The notes below the pieces were generated by a model. The model did no database searches, was not told where the DNA came from, and saw only the letters and a program-made list of their open reading frames with translations. Below, one piece after another: positions 49,963 to 63,069 of a DNA stretch of 64,000 nt. Position numbers and translations under genes: made by a program. Origin of the DNA: Dimorphilus gyrociliatus (Eukaryota; Animalia; Annelida). Position 1 is the stretch's first letter, and every line of letters starts with the position of its first letter. The stretch is from positions 305,310 through 369,309 of the forward strand of contig CAJFCJ010000005.1 in the NCBI GenBank assembly GCA_904063045.1, written 5' to 3'.

Positions 49963-50099
49963 TTATTATAGATATTGCCATAAAAGAGAGAATAGATATA
50001 CTATACTGTGTTTATCTAGAGCGTCTAGCAAAACGTCTAAATTTTGTGTAAAATCAGTTTTTGTTATTTATGTATCATGTGATGGTGTACTTTATTCAT

Positions 50100-52182
50100 T
50101 CAATCATTGTTCACAGATAATTCTTTCAGTTCAAATACATTCAAAATACAAGATATCCTTTAAGTACAATGCTTGGATTAAAGATCATGATATCAATACT
50201 TTTTACTTTCGTTTTACAAGTAAAAAGATAGACTTTTTGAACTTTTCCTTTAGAATATCCAATACCAGATTGTTCACAATTAAATGAATTGACCATACCA
50301 TTTCCAATAACGTAGATATCATTTATTTTAACGTTTACCCCTGTTATTCCAATTCCAATATTATTATTAAGAATTGACTGTGGAATGGTAATTTTACTCA
50401 ATCTCATAGTATCGCAATTAGATATCAAACTATCAATGGGGGCTGTTGTTGTAAACATGTATATAGGCCAAATAATGAATATATTAAAACATACTTAGTG
50501 TATCTGACATGTATGCAAAATAAATAGCAATACTATCAATTCTAAGTTTAAAAGTTGCCTTTATTTCCATTTTGTTGATTGTAACTTCCTTTAGATGATA
50601 GCATACAGTATGTTGTATTGTATAATAGGTATTTGGGTACGTTTGTATAGCTAGTCCATTTGTACTGAAAGTTTTAACTGATACTCCATTATTAGTAGGG
50701 GAATTGTCCATCATTACTTGAACGTTTACAAACGTTTAATTAGACTGTATATTGTTTATTATTATAAATATTACCTTTAATACAGTAGTAATTAATAAGG
50801 GTTGGTTCGATATTTATCTTTAACATGTCATTCGATTTGAGATTAATACTTTCAGAACTTTTTATAAAGTTTCCGTTATGAATTGTCTTTGAAATAGCAT
50901 TTCCAGCTAAATCAATTGAAGTAATCATATCATTTTTCAATGTTGGTTTCCCTAAAATATTCAAAAAATTCTCCTGAACTACAATCTCTGGAATATGTTA
51001 ATTTTTATTTACATTTCATTTCGTTGCCTATGGAAACAGTTTTGCAATAAATATAAACATTCGATATTTGTAGAAAGTTATTCTTTCCAGGTGTACAAGT
51101 TGTTTTAAAGAGTAAATATCTTCCAGTTTTATAGTTTAATGATTTAACAACATGAGTTGTAAAATAATTTTTATAAGGTAAATCAACGTAACCAAGAATT
51201 TCATCTGCTGGATAATTGATCGTTTCGGGAAAATATCTCAAATATACGTACATTTTAAGTATATCGGGATCTTTAGAAAGATAATAATATGTTGTGAATA
51301 GAGAGCTTGAATAGGAATGTATAACATTTTAATTCTTACCATCATAAGCCATATTATCGAAAAGAACCGTTTTTATATCATAACTTTTTGTCATATCAAT
51401 TCTTAAAAATGGTTCACTATTTAACTCTTTGTCTTTAAAGACGTGTGTATTGAAGAGGCCATCACTTAAAACTAAAGGCTTGACTGCTTTCTCCTTACCG
51501 AAATGAATAAGGCTTGTTGTTAAATTATATAACATATCATCTGTTATATTTTGTTTTATTCGATGATATACAGTATACAGTATATTATTATTATTAGATA
51601 TTGGACTAAATTACCTGATTGTTTGACATAAGTTCCTCTTACTGTCATATCAGTTAGAGCAAAGTAATCAGAATGAAGTTTTTTTAATCTTAGAAAAGAG
51701 CCTTTGCAATTGCAACTACGGCAAATATAACTAGACTTTGATCTAATTGGATTACTAACAACTTCGTCTGGATAACTGAAACAAAGCTCTTCTTCGTCAA
51801 GTAGATGAATTTCGGCAAAAACTTGAAAATTTCTCAAAAATCCTTATTTAGATAGAAATGAGAAATTATTAAAAAATAATTCAAAACATTCAATATTCCA
51901 TTTACCAGAAGGTTGACTATTCCAGAAGCAAATTTCGGTTATTGAATAATAACCACCCAAATCTATTGTCAACCATCCAACGGACTTACGATCTTCGGCA
52001 TAATTTGACAAATTATTATCGGAACTAACAGCGTATTTTGCCAAATGTTGATCCGATTGAGTAGTAAACTGATAAGCTGGACGCGATCTGGCAATATTAT
52101 CTTTTTCTTCAATAAAACATTCGCAAGATAGAAGAAAAGTTGAAATTTTAATAAATTTATAACAAGTTTTAAAACTAAGCAT
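50100..52182 (-). CDS. Secreted tandem F-type-lectin-like protein, paralog B; at least 7 exons; 3' end approximate
   Basis: DNIARSRPAYQFTT…AKYAV…GWLTIDLGGYYSITEICFWN; RNFQV…YICRSCNCKGSFLRL…LTDMTVRG; EPFLRIDM; TGRYLLFK. Exon order matches paralog A. Confidence 0.78.
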
Positions 52183-53769
52183 ATTTTTTATTTATTTTCT
52201 CTTCTAACTGTAAAGAAATTAACATCTTTCTTTTTACCTATAAATAAAGGTATAAATCATTAAAATATTTTTATATTCAAACATATTTTCAACCAATTAG
52301 AATCCTTCATGAATAAATTAAATAGATTCATGTATATATTGTATACATGTATTAATTTAAACCAAATATTTTCCCTTGAATCCTTTATCTTTATATTTTA
52401 TATTAAATATTTAATAAGTAAATAATACCAAGTAAAAATATTAGTTGAAGAAAATCGGTAGAGTTAGGCCTATAACCTCTTCGTATCTCTCTTTTAATAA
52501 ACGCGTTCATGTTTTTCTAGTATAAAACTGATTTTCATTAGTATTTTCTCTTTTCGAATAAAAGAATATAGAGGAAGAGGAAAAAGAGAAATTTGACAAT
52601 TAACGTCTCGCATCTAGTACAAAAGTATGATGCGTATTGAATAAGAAAAGTAAATGTTGTCTTAGATATTTATATATTCTAAGAAAGCATTATTTACATG
52701 ACGTTTTCAATAATCTCTTTGTAATTATTAATTAATCAAAACGCTTTTACATTTACATTAGAGATTGTCTCTTCTCTCTTTTCATCAATGTTTTCATTTT
52801 GATATATTCTTACTAAATCCATTAAAGGTTTTGCGTCATTCTTCTATTCACCTTATTACCATTTATTGAATTTTAATTATCCAATCAGTTCATAGTTTTC
52901 TTTGTCTTTTTTTTTCATATATTTAATCAATACACTCGTATCAATCTGTATTGTATCCTAACCACCGAGAAAACAACTCACTTCACTACTTTTCTACTCT
53001 ATTTTCTGCGAAGAATTCAGCATTAATTTCTTATCTATTCATATTGTAGCAGAACTACTTGAATATGATTAAACACTGTGTTCAAACTTCTTGAATTGTT
53101 TTTTTTATAGTCAAGTTTACATAATGGACAAATAACTGTTCAAATAGCTTGGTTTTTTTGAAAAAATGATGGTTGATTGTGTCTTACTAGTGTTGAATTG
53201 AGATCGGAAGAACGCAAGAAGTTTCGTTAGTTAAATGATATCTTTCGTTTCTTTACATTCCTTTTATTAAATAACCTTAACCGTCAATATTTACTATCTA
53301 TATAGTAAATACGGAAGGGAAAATTGTGTTTAAACTTAAGAAACTATCCATTAGAAGTAAGTTTGATTAAATAGACTGTAAATTAAATGATAATGGCCCC
53401 TTAACATAGAATAGTAATGTATATACTGTATATATACAGTATATATCACTGCGAAAAAGGTAGCTATGTTGTAGTATTTATATTCTACAATGGTAAAAAA
53501 CAAAGCTGTTATAATCTTTTTCTACCGTTTCGTCAACCTTAAAATACGATTGTTTTCCAGTTGTTTTATTTGAATAACATCTAATTGAATCCTCTCCCTT
53601 TGAATGTTCTGGTTGAACTCTTTAGTAGTAAAGTAAAGCTGACCTTATCTGATATCCTCAGGACATTTTCGATATTGTAAAAGTAACTGTATATACTGTA
53701 TATATATTATATGTTTATTTAGTCTAGTAGTGTATTAAACATGAACATTTCTTATGTTTTATTGTTACA

Positions 53770-55873
53770 AATACGACATCAACACTTTACAGAGAACATT
53801 TAATTAATGTAAAGTAAGCAATTTATCTATATTAAAAGAACCCCTTGTACCAAATCGGCTGATTTGAATGTATAAACGTCTACAGCCTTCATATTTGAAC
53901 CACAAAAGAAGACATACGTATTATATGAATTATAATTTTCTACTACTGAATTCAAATTGCATTGTTTGAATTTTTCTCCAATATAGGCCAAAATAATTAT
54001 ATCATCCATATCGGTAATATTCCCCCTAATAACCACACCAAGATAATTATTACTATTCAATAAAGAAAAGTATATTTTCTTAGGATTCATATATCCGCAT
54101 TCATTTACAGGCATAATATTTTCTTGAATAGTTCAAAAACAAAAAAAAAGAACGTCATAATTATTGAAATTAAAGATAATAACTTACCAAAATTCATTCC
54201 TACAGGTTTAAGAAAAATACCAATGCCTGTAATGTTCACATTATTTACTGCTGTCAATCTCAATTCATTTGAAAATGCATTAATTGCAGTATTTGTACCA
54301 ATTTTATCATAATTTCTATGATATATACCGAAGAAATTCATCATATATATGATATTACCATTATAGAACATTGCTAATTTTAATTGTTTCGTAATAGAAT
54401 GATTGTAAAAAGAGACTGAAATAAAAAAGAATAATATGTATATTGTAAGAAATGTTATACTTTGAATTACCTTCTACAACTACATAATTTACTAGTATAG
54501 TTGGAAATTTTATGGTTATATAATCGTCTTTTTCAACAGAGATAATCCCTTTAGGTCTTGCTAAGGAATCTTTTACTGTTAGATTTGAATATTCAATTCC
54601 ATTGTGTTCGATTTTTTTGATGTTATTGTTAAATACTAACACTGGTACTTGAAAAGTATAAAAACAACAATAAGAATTATTGATAGTTAATACGCTTAAA
54701 TGTTAAATTAACCTTTTACATTCTCATTTTCTTTGGACGTTTTATAATAAATATAGATATTCGAGATATTCAAACTAACATGATGAATTATTGATCTAAA
54801 AACTACGTATCTTCCAGTAAAATAATCATTTCTTGTACTAACGTGCGTCCTCGAAAATTCAAAGCACTTTATTGTCATTGACTTGAAACAGTCTCCATCG
54901 AAGAAAGTATAATGATCTGGTATATTTTTTATATAAATCGACATTGTCCTGATTAAAACATCTACAAAAAATAACGATTTAGGCTAAAGAATGAGAATTT
55001 TTAAATGGTATTACAAGGGCACTTTGGAAAATCAAATAGAATGGTTTTAATATTGTAATATTGCTTCATATCTACAATAATTATAGAATAATATTTTGAT
55101 GGTAAAATTTCTACTGCAGTATCGAAGAGTCTATCGGAAAGGATATTTGAATCTAGAATTCTGCCGTCTCCTGTCTCTATATCAGCTTTATCCAACAGAA
55201 AAAGTTGTTCATCTTGAAAAGAATTAAAAATAGATTTGTTTCATCCATTTCATCTTCTATTCAACACTTTTACAACTACAATTCCTTTAATTGTATAGTA
55301 ACTCACCTGCTTCTTTTAATAAAGTTCCTTTTGCTTTTAAATCTGTTATTACTAAAGAACCATATCCGATACTCCTCAATCTTAAAATACTACCTTGACA
55401 ATTACAAGACCAACATTTGTAACTAGGGGTAGCCATTTTCAAAACTTGAACTACTACAGAAACGCATAAACTGGACTGGTCGCCCATTGCCTTTTCAGCG
55501 TAAATTCTAAAATTCCTCAACACTTTGGATAGAAATTTTAATCAATTTATTAGAAAGATAAAAGGGAAAGTTGTTAATAATAGTAACCAGGTAATACACT
55601 GTTCCAAATACATATTTCAGTTATTCTATAAAATCCTTCTAAATCAGTCAACCACCAACCAAGATGAGATTTTTCATCATACGAATATTTTTCAATAGGA
55701 ATATTATCTTTACCAGTTATGGCAAAAATTGCCAAATTGTCATCGCTTTTCGTACTAAACTGATAAGCCGGTCGGTATTTTACTATATTATCAATTTCAT
55801 CAATGAGACATTGACATTTGAGAAGATATATTAAAAATATGCTTAATTGTATCATCATATTCTTATGGTTCAT
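53770..55873 (-). CDS. Secreted tandem F-type-lectin-like protein, paralog C; at least 7 exons; 3' end approximate
   Basis: DNIVKYRPAYQFST…AIFAI…GWWLTDLEGFYRITEICIWN; RNFRI…YKCWSCNCQGSILRL…LVITDLKAKG; TGRYVVFR. Exon order matches paralogs A and B. Confidence 0.78.
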
Positions 55874-57758
55874 TTTCTAAACTTTTTATCAAGTTAGTAG
55901 TTGCTTTCCTTTGATAATGAATGCAAACGAAAGTTGGTGAAATTTTTATCTTTCAACTGTAGATTAAGATCAATAAACTTCTTAAAAAACTATTTTAAAA
56001 ATGTTTCGGTAATTAACCAAGTCAAATAAATTATGAATATTTATTACAGAATCAATTTCAATGAATAATAATCACTTCCAAGATAGTTCAATGATATAGA
56101 GGTGAAGCGAAGGTGGCAATTTGACAGGTTTACTTTTATTTTTAATAGTTTAGTCATCTATTCGAAAGGTTTAAATGGGTTCAACAGAACAATTTATTTC
56201 AATATACTAAAGGATGGGTTACTTTTTTAGACTTTGTATCTTTTTTCCCTCCAGGTCTTTTGATTTTTATGGGTATTACATAATAGTAAGTGAGGAAAAT
56301 AACAGAAATGTGGCTATATATATAAATTTATATGTTTATTAATTATCTAATATCATAGGTACTACTTCTTTCAATAGCAAGTTTATAAGAGAAAATAATA
56401 AGATACACGTTTTTTATATTTAGTATGAGAAAAATAAGTTAATGTAAATAAAGTACACATGTTTAGATATTTTATATTGAATTTTTATTCACAAGTCCAT
56501 TAACTGTGCAAGTTTATCTACACACATTACTCTTATAACATTTATTCTTTAATGTTATTTTGTCCAATGTCGATAGCTATTCCATCCAATGAACTACATC
56601 ATATAAGTCATTCTATTGCCAAATAATGATAGTAAAAAGGTATGGGAGTAATTCAAAACCTTTTAAATTATAGTAAAAGATATAATTCGATTTCAGTAAT
56701 TGAACTAGATCTATCCAACTCTGAATAATTTAGTGGAAAATCGATTTACTTCTTTCTTAAGCTTTGCTAATGTGTATAAAAAAATTTTTCAAAGAATATT
56801 TGAAAGTGTTTACAGCATTCAGAATATCAAGTTTACTTTAGTTGTTTGGTTTTCTCGAAAGAATAGGCTAGTTTTTCTATTTAATCAAATATCTTCGCTA
56901 AACCTTCAAGTCATTTTTCTAATGGTCATCTACAGTAACTTTGCCTATCTGAGTCAAGGTAAGACTGGAAAAGTAAGACTTTATCCATGATTTTCTTAAT
57001 TTTTCTTCACAGTGAATTGAGTAAAGCAAGTGAAAAGTTAAGGAAACTGTGTTAAAAGTACCTGTAAAAGGTTCAAATTAGATCCAGGTAAGCCTTTTCT
57101 TTTCATTAATTTAATAGAAGCGTATACAAAAAAGCTATTTCCGGTTAATTATACATATTTAATAATATCTATATCACTGATAGAATAAGCATAATCATAT
57201 ATCATTTATATTTATTTCATATCCAAGTCCATTGTTAATAACTATCATGTATCTCATGTCATTTTTTATGTATATTTGTGAGCAATCAATCCATATGTAA
57301 AAACACAAAAAAGACTCTGATTACTGTAGGAAAGACAAGAGTATATTGACCCTTCTCTCCTTTGAAATATGTATTGTTAAATGTGACTATGCTCTATAAT
57401 TAGGCGAAAAATTCACTTTAAAAAAGACACGCTAATAGCTCAGCAAAATATCTTAGTAACGATCTGTTTTTTATTTAGTTTACCGAACAAGAAAGTTGTA
57501 TAGTGTACAGTTTATACAATAGATTGAATTCTATTTTTTAAGTCATTTATAAAACTTTAAGCATAATAATTTATAACTTGTTCGTAAATTTATTAAAATA
57601 TCATATACTGTACATATTAATAAATTAAGAAAATTTCATTAAATATATGTTAATTAATAATAATAGGTCAGATCAAAAGGATCTCTGTTAAAAAAAGATT
57701 CAAGTATACTGTAAATCGACGAAATTCTTATATCTTTAGAATAAATTCCAATGCTTTC

Positions 57759-60700
57759 TTAACAAGAAGGTATCCTCATAGCGATTTGATACATAATATA
57801 AGTTTCCTCCGAAGTAAAAGACGTCACACTATAACTCATATTAAAAAATAGAGAAACGTCTGAAAATCTACAAATTTTACTATCGTACGAATAAGATATA
57901 CTTTGGCAACTTGATAACGTTTTACAATGAGTTAGACAAGATAAAAAGTTATTATTATCATTTGACAGAGAAGTTACAAGTTCTTCTTTGAATTGAATAT
58001 TTCCTCTTTTCATAGAGTATTGAAATTCTTTTGAATAAGAAATCATATAGAATGATGGTATTTGAACATACTGTATACAGTTTTCATTAAATTACATACC
58101 TAAATTTAATGGTTTATTCTGTGCAATAATGTAAAAATCACAAAATTGAATAATATTGGTGTCTGATTCCATTAGAATCGATTTTATTGCCATATTGATA
58201 AAGCATTCAAAGAATAGTGTTGTGTTTGAAATAATTACAATATTCTTCTTCCAAATATCACATTCAATTTTAGATTCACCATCGAATCCGTAGACTTTTA
58301 TATCGCCTCCCTGAAAAGTTTCGTTTACTTGAAATCCAAATCCTAACATTCGATAAAGACCATTAAATTGAATCAAAACTCTTGAATTTTTCAACAAACA
58401 TTCCAAATGATTTATTGTTTGTAAATGTGTTAAATCAAATATTTTAGATGGATATATAACGGTATTAAAAGCTGTCATGTACACGTACTATATACTGATG
58501 TATATATAAATAATAAATAACTTAATAACATACTCTTTTCAAGTGAATTTAAATTTTTTCCATAAACAACAACTTCGCAAAGAATAAGTTTTCGATTTCC
58601 ATGACTACGATAAAATGATACTTTATCACCAATTAAGGAACAGTTGAAATGTATTAGGGAATGCCTATTCTTCCATTGATCGATAGATTGACCGCATATT
58701 TTCCTTTCGGGAGTTCTAGAGTTCTGTTCAACCGATACTAAAACATTTCTAAAGACCTCTTAAAGTAAATGATAACAGAAAAATGAAATATAGTTAGTAT
58801 TAAATGATAATTAATTACCACTAGTCTGACTTATCATTACTACTACTTGTTCAATTCTATATGTTGATTGCAAATAAACGGAGATTCTACTCTCCTGCCA
58901 ATGTAAAACTTCCGTACAAGATGTTTCAAGTCTATTTATAAAGTAGTTGAAGTTATTTCCATCAATTACTTTTATTGGAAATTTAAGATAATAATAACTC
59001 GGTTTAATTTCTGAATTTTCGTCTACTTTTACTAGTTTTAATCTGGTGAAATTATCACTTAATATTTCAGTTCCATATGCTTCAATTTCAGCAAAAGTAA
59101 TAGACGGTTCACCAAGGAAATAAACGACCAACGAACGGCCAATTGGATTAGGATTATCACATTTAAAAATTCGATATCCATATAACAAAATATCATCAGT
59201 ATTAGTGACGCAATTTTTGCTTTTATCATTAAAATCGGATGATGAATGTTCGTAGCCGTAGGACATATAAACAGTAAATTTTTCAACTCCCATAAAGGCT
59301 GATTAATAATAATGTCTTTATCATTAATTTTCTAAATAGGTTTTAGTTAAAAACGTACTGTTAGAGTTCATAACTCCAAATGCAGAGATTTGGTAATTCT
59401 CTAGTAAATCAATTAATATCCAATTGTTTCTCTCTCCGGTACCACCCATAAAAGTATTTATATTGTCATCTATCACCAGAATATCGGTCATCTTTCCCCA
59501 AGATACAACCATTTTTCTCTTTAAAATATTAACTGAATCTTGGACTATGAAGAGGCATTTTTAAAAGAGGAAACTGTATTAAAATCTCTATATACATAAT
59601 ATGGATACCTGGTTCACCAACATAATCACCAAATACTTCAATACTACTTAAATTAAAGGTTATTTCAAAGACTGAATTCTGTTCCAATATGACAAATTGA
59701 CCAGAAACACCACCGTCTTTGCAGACGGTTGTTATCTTTCCAAGACTATCAGGATTTGTTTGAACATTTCCACATAGCGTTTTATTTACATTCAACCACG
59801 ATTTAGCTGGATTTTCATCCGCCAACTTTAACACTAAATCATTCTGTATTATCTGAAATTCTGTCAGATCAATTATATAAATCTTATATCTTCTTTCAAG
59901 ATTTATCGCCAGCCAAGAATCATGTTGAAATGTGTATGTTTCGTATAGATCATATTTTTGAAGATTTAATATATATATAGATGATTTATTGTAAAGATTC
60001 GTTGCAATTGGTCGTTTAAAACTTAAATTATCTATTTTATATTGAAAAACGCTTTATTAAAGTTAATTAATCATGTAATATTTTAAAAATAGCATTCTCT
60101 ACAAACCAACATAAACTTCTACTTCACATATGTATCTTGGATTACTATCCGTATGCCGGATGTATACCGAATTTCCCCTTTGAACGCTACTCATACATAC
60201 AACTTCAGTTGATGTTCCATTATTTAATTCAACTTCCATTTTACAAGTATTAGGGGCTCCCGAAACGACGACATCTACAATTTGAATAACTAAGGGAGGA
60301 GAAGAAAATTGACATTTCGATCAGCAAAATATATCTATAAATAACATACAATCCGTATAGGGCGTCCAAATTATCACTTTCTTAATAGGCAATTCATAGT
60401 CGAAACTTACACGTATAAAAGAATTTGAAAGAATATGCAGACATCCACCTAATGACGCATCAGGCAAAGTTATACCATCTGTTGCGTGAGCTCTATTATT
60501 AACATCTCCTGATTGTGTTACCCCAGAAGATGAACGATAAAGAGCAATATTTTTATCCGATACGGAAGTTAAGCCAAAACATTTTACTCTATTTGTATTG
60601 TAATTTATCTGATCAATATGTATCCTTACTGAATTATGTAACATTCTCATATCGTCTAAAACTTCATTAACATTCTTAGTTTGCCAATTGCCGTCCATTT

Positions 60701-61440
60701 CAAATGCACTATCTTTACAGCCAACTGTTTTCCACAATAACCGATAGCACTCTTCATGAGGAGGATTCGAGAAACCGCATATAGCATCTTTCTTATCTAT
60801 TTATATCAATTAGGTTAAAAATAGTAAAGCCGGAAAATGTGTACAAACCTTTCAATATACTTGTATTATAATGAGAATTTGATGTCAAACCATTCACAAT
60901 GGCATTTTTTATATCGCATTCAAAGATATTGTTTACAGGAAAATCAAGATATCTTATTACCATAGCAACACAACTACTATCATTTAAACAAAAATTATAA
61001 CAATCATTGATAACATTAAAAGTTTTCTTTTCAATAGAGAATTCAGGATAATGCATTTGTTCCAATAAAAGAACGTTATCTAAGAAATGAAGGGAATAGA
61101 TAGTAACAATACAAATTAAATGTATTAAAAGATCAAACCGTCGCTGCATATATCTCCAGTAAATTGTGGTTTGCAACTACAAGAGCCAACATTGCAATAT
61201 TCGACGGTGGAACAATCATTATTATTCACGCATGTCTTGTCTGAACGGAAAAAGATAAGATATTACATAACTATTTTAAAGAGATATCTAAATTGTCTTT
61301 TTAATAATACTTGTTTGCTTTACAAGCTATCGTAAACAAAGAAACAAACAGATAACGATTTCTTAAATTTTGTACTTACCTGAGCTTGAAGTGCAATTTA
61401 TGTAAAAGAGAGAAAATATTATATATATAGCACTATTCAT
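57759..61440 (-). CDS. Secreted mosaic protein: signal peptide, EGF-like, PAN, several FTP/F5-8-like domains, C-terminal PAN
   Basis: Exon 1 MNSAIYIIFSLFYINCTSSS; exon 2 TCVNNNDCSTVEYCNVGSCSCKPQFTGDIC; PAN DCYNFCLNDSSCVAM; FTP NIALYRSS…ATDG…GCLH; VCKDGGVSGQFVIL…LSSIEVFG; CDNPNPIGRSLVV…ITFAEIEAYG; PAN SCLTHCKTLSSCQSISYSYDSKICRF. Confidence 0.75.
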
Positions 61441-61918
61441 ATCGTTAGTTTAAATGGAATAGCATACGAACGTGGGACGACTACAACCTATAACTATTAA
61501 TTGCTTATTACAAAACACTAACTATTAATAGTTTATCATTATTTACAACAAAGGTTTTGACATGATCAATGTCATTATTAGTTATTTACATTAAAATTCT
61601 AAAGGTAAATTAAGCAATTCAGATATTCAAAACTATCGTTTTAAAAAATGATATTAGTATGTTGAAAGTAGAACTTCATTTTTTCAATGAAGAATTAATT
61701 AATAAATAGTTTATTAACTTCTTTCTAAGGAGCATACTTTGAATTTTGTTTGTTTACCTCTAATAAAAGATAAATCTATAGGCAAAATTGTTTTAATTGA
61801 ATAACTTATTGAATGTTTTTAGTTCTTTCAACGTTTCAACAATTGTTGATATTGTATTTCATGTAAGTAAGTTCCTCTCATTCAATTTTCACTTTCCGTA
61901 ACGCTGACATATATTTGC

Positions 61919-61950
61919 AGAGAGAGGGAGAGAGAGAGTGAGAGAGAGAA
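61919..61950 (+). repeat. (GA)n microsatellite
   Basis: AGAGAGAGGGAGAGAGAGAGTGAGAGAGAGA. Similar short (CT)n tracts lie near 1975 and 17729, and (TA)n at 18071. Confidence 0.8.
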
Positions 61951-62744
61951 AGTTTCACAATCTATCTTCATATAATTTTATACAACAAATACCAGCTAGC
62001 CTTTCATGCTATTCAATATATGCTATTTGCTATTTTACATAGATATTGCTTAACGCCATAAAACATAATTATTGATTAATATAGCATATTAATAGCTTTA
62101 AAATTACAATTATACTAATATATATAGAATAAGCATATTACAGAAGATCATTTATCTATGGATAAAATTCAAATAATTGTAGGATGTTTTACTTAAATTC
62201 GATAATCCATTATATCGAGATAATCATATTTAATATAGGGATTATATAAAATGAGAACTTGGCTATATTAGTACTTAATATTTAATTATTATTTCTATAC
62301 TTTCACTTAGACAAATAGAGAAACTCTTTGAAGTGGAGAAGTGTAATAAATTTGAATATTAATTATCTGAATTAGAGCTATATTATAGTTATTGAATAAT
62401 TTGTAATAACTAAAATTAAATATGAAGCTTACACTTTGAACAATTTGCTCATCAACTTCATAATAATAAGATTATAGATTTCTTTCTTAGTTTAAAATAG
62501 ATGAGTAGATTACATCTGTTTTTATTAGATCAATTTCTTTCAACTATTTAACAGTTAAAAGTAAAAAGATACTTTGATAATCATAGCCTAAATATATAAT
62601 AATTGATGAATTTGTTCAATTTGGATATTCTGAATTAATTGTGATGGACATAGCTTGACTAGTTATAAATTTTGATAATTAAGTTAATTACCTTGAGAAA
62701 AGGGATTAAAAATGATTACTATTAAAAAAAAAAAAGTGATCCAC

Positions 62745-62817
62745 TGCCGGAACCCGGGATTGAACCAGGGACCTTTAGATCTTCAGTCTAACGCTCTCCC
62801 AACTGAGCTATTCCGGC
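62745..62817 (-). tRNA. trnF-GAA: tRNA-Phe (GAA)
   Basis: Reverse complement GCCGGAATAGCTCAGTTGGGAGAGCGTTAGACTGAAGATCTAAAGGTCCCTGGTTCAATCCCGGGTTCCGGCA; 73 nt, full cloverleaf, no encoded CCA. Confidence 0.97.
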
Positions 62818-62997
62818 CGATATGTAAACTTGAAATAAATCTTCATTTTTATTTACAAAAGTATTTTGTTCAAGAATTAAAGTTCTACTTTAACTGATGA
62901 AAAAGGTAAAAAAAAGAACCAATAAATCAAACCTATACATAAAAAAAAGATAAAGACGTAAGTCATTTCATATAAATTAAAAAGAAAAAAAAAGAAT

Positions 62998-63069
62998 CTC
63001 CGTGACGGGGAATCGAACCCCGGTCTCCTGAGTGACAGTCAGGGATACTCACCACTATACTATCACGGA
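62998..63069 (-). tRNA. trnD-GTC: tRNA-Asp (GTC)
   Basis: Reverse complement TCCGTGATAGTATAGTGGTGAGTATCCCTGACTGTCACTCAGGAGACCGGGGTTCGATTCCCCGTCACGGAG; 72 nt, paired acceptor and anticodon stems, G discriminator. Confidence 0.96.

Noticed and set aside
55900-57750. Long gap with a few splice-like signals (e.g. CCAG|GTAAG near 57088)
   Set aside because: No coherent ORF or structure. Treated as intergenic/UTR.
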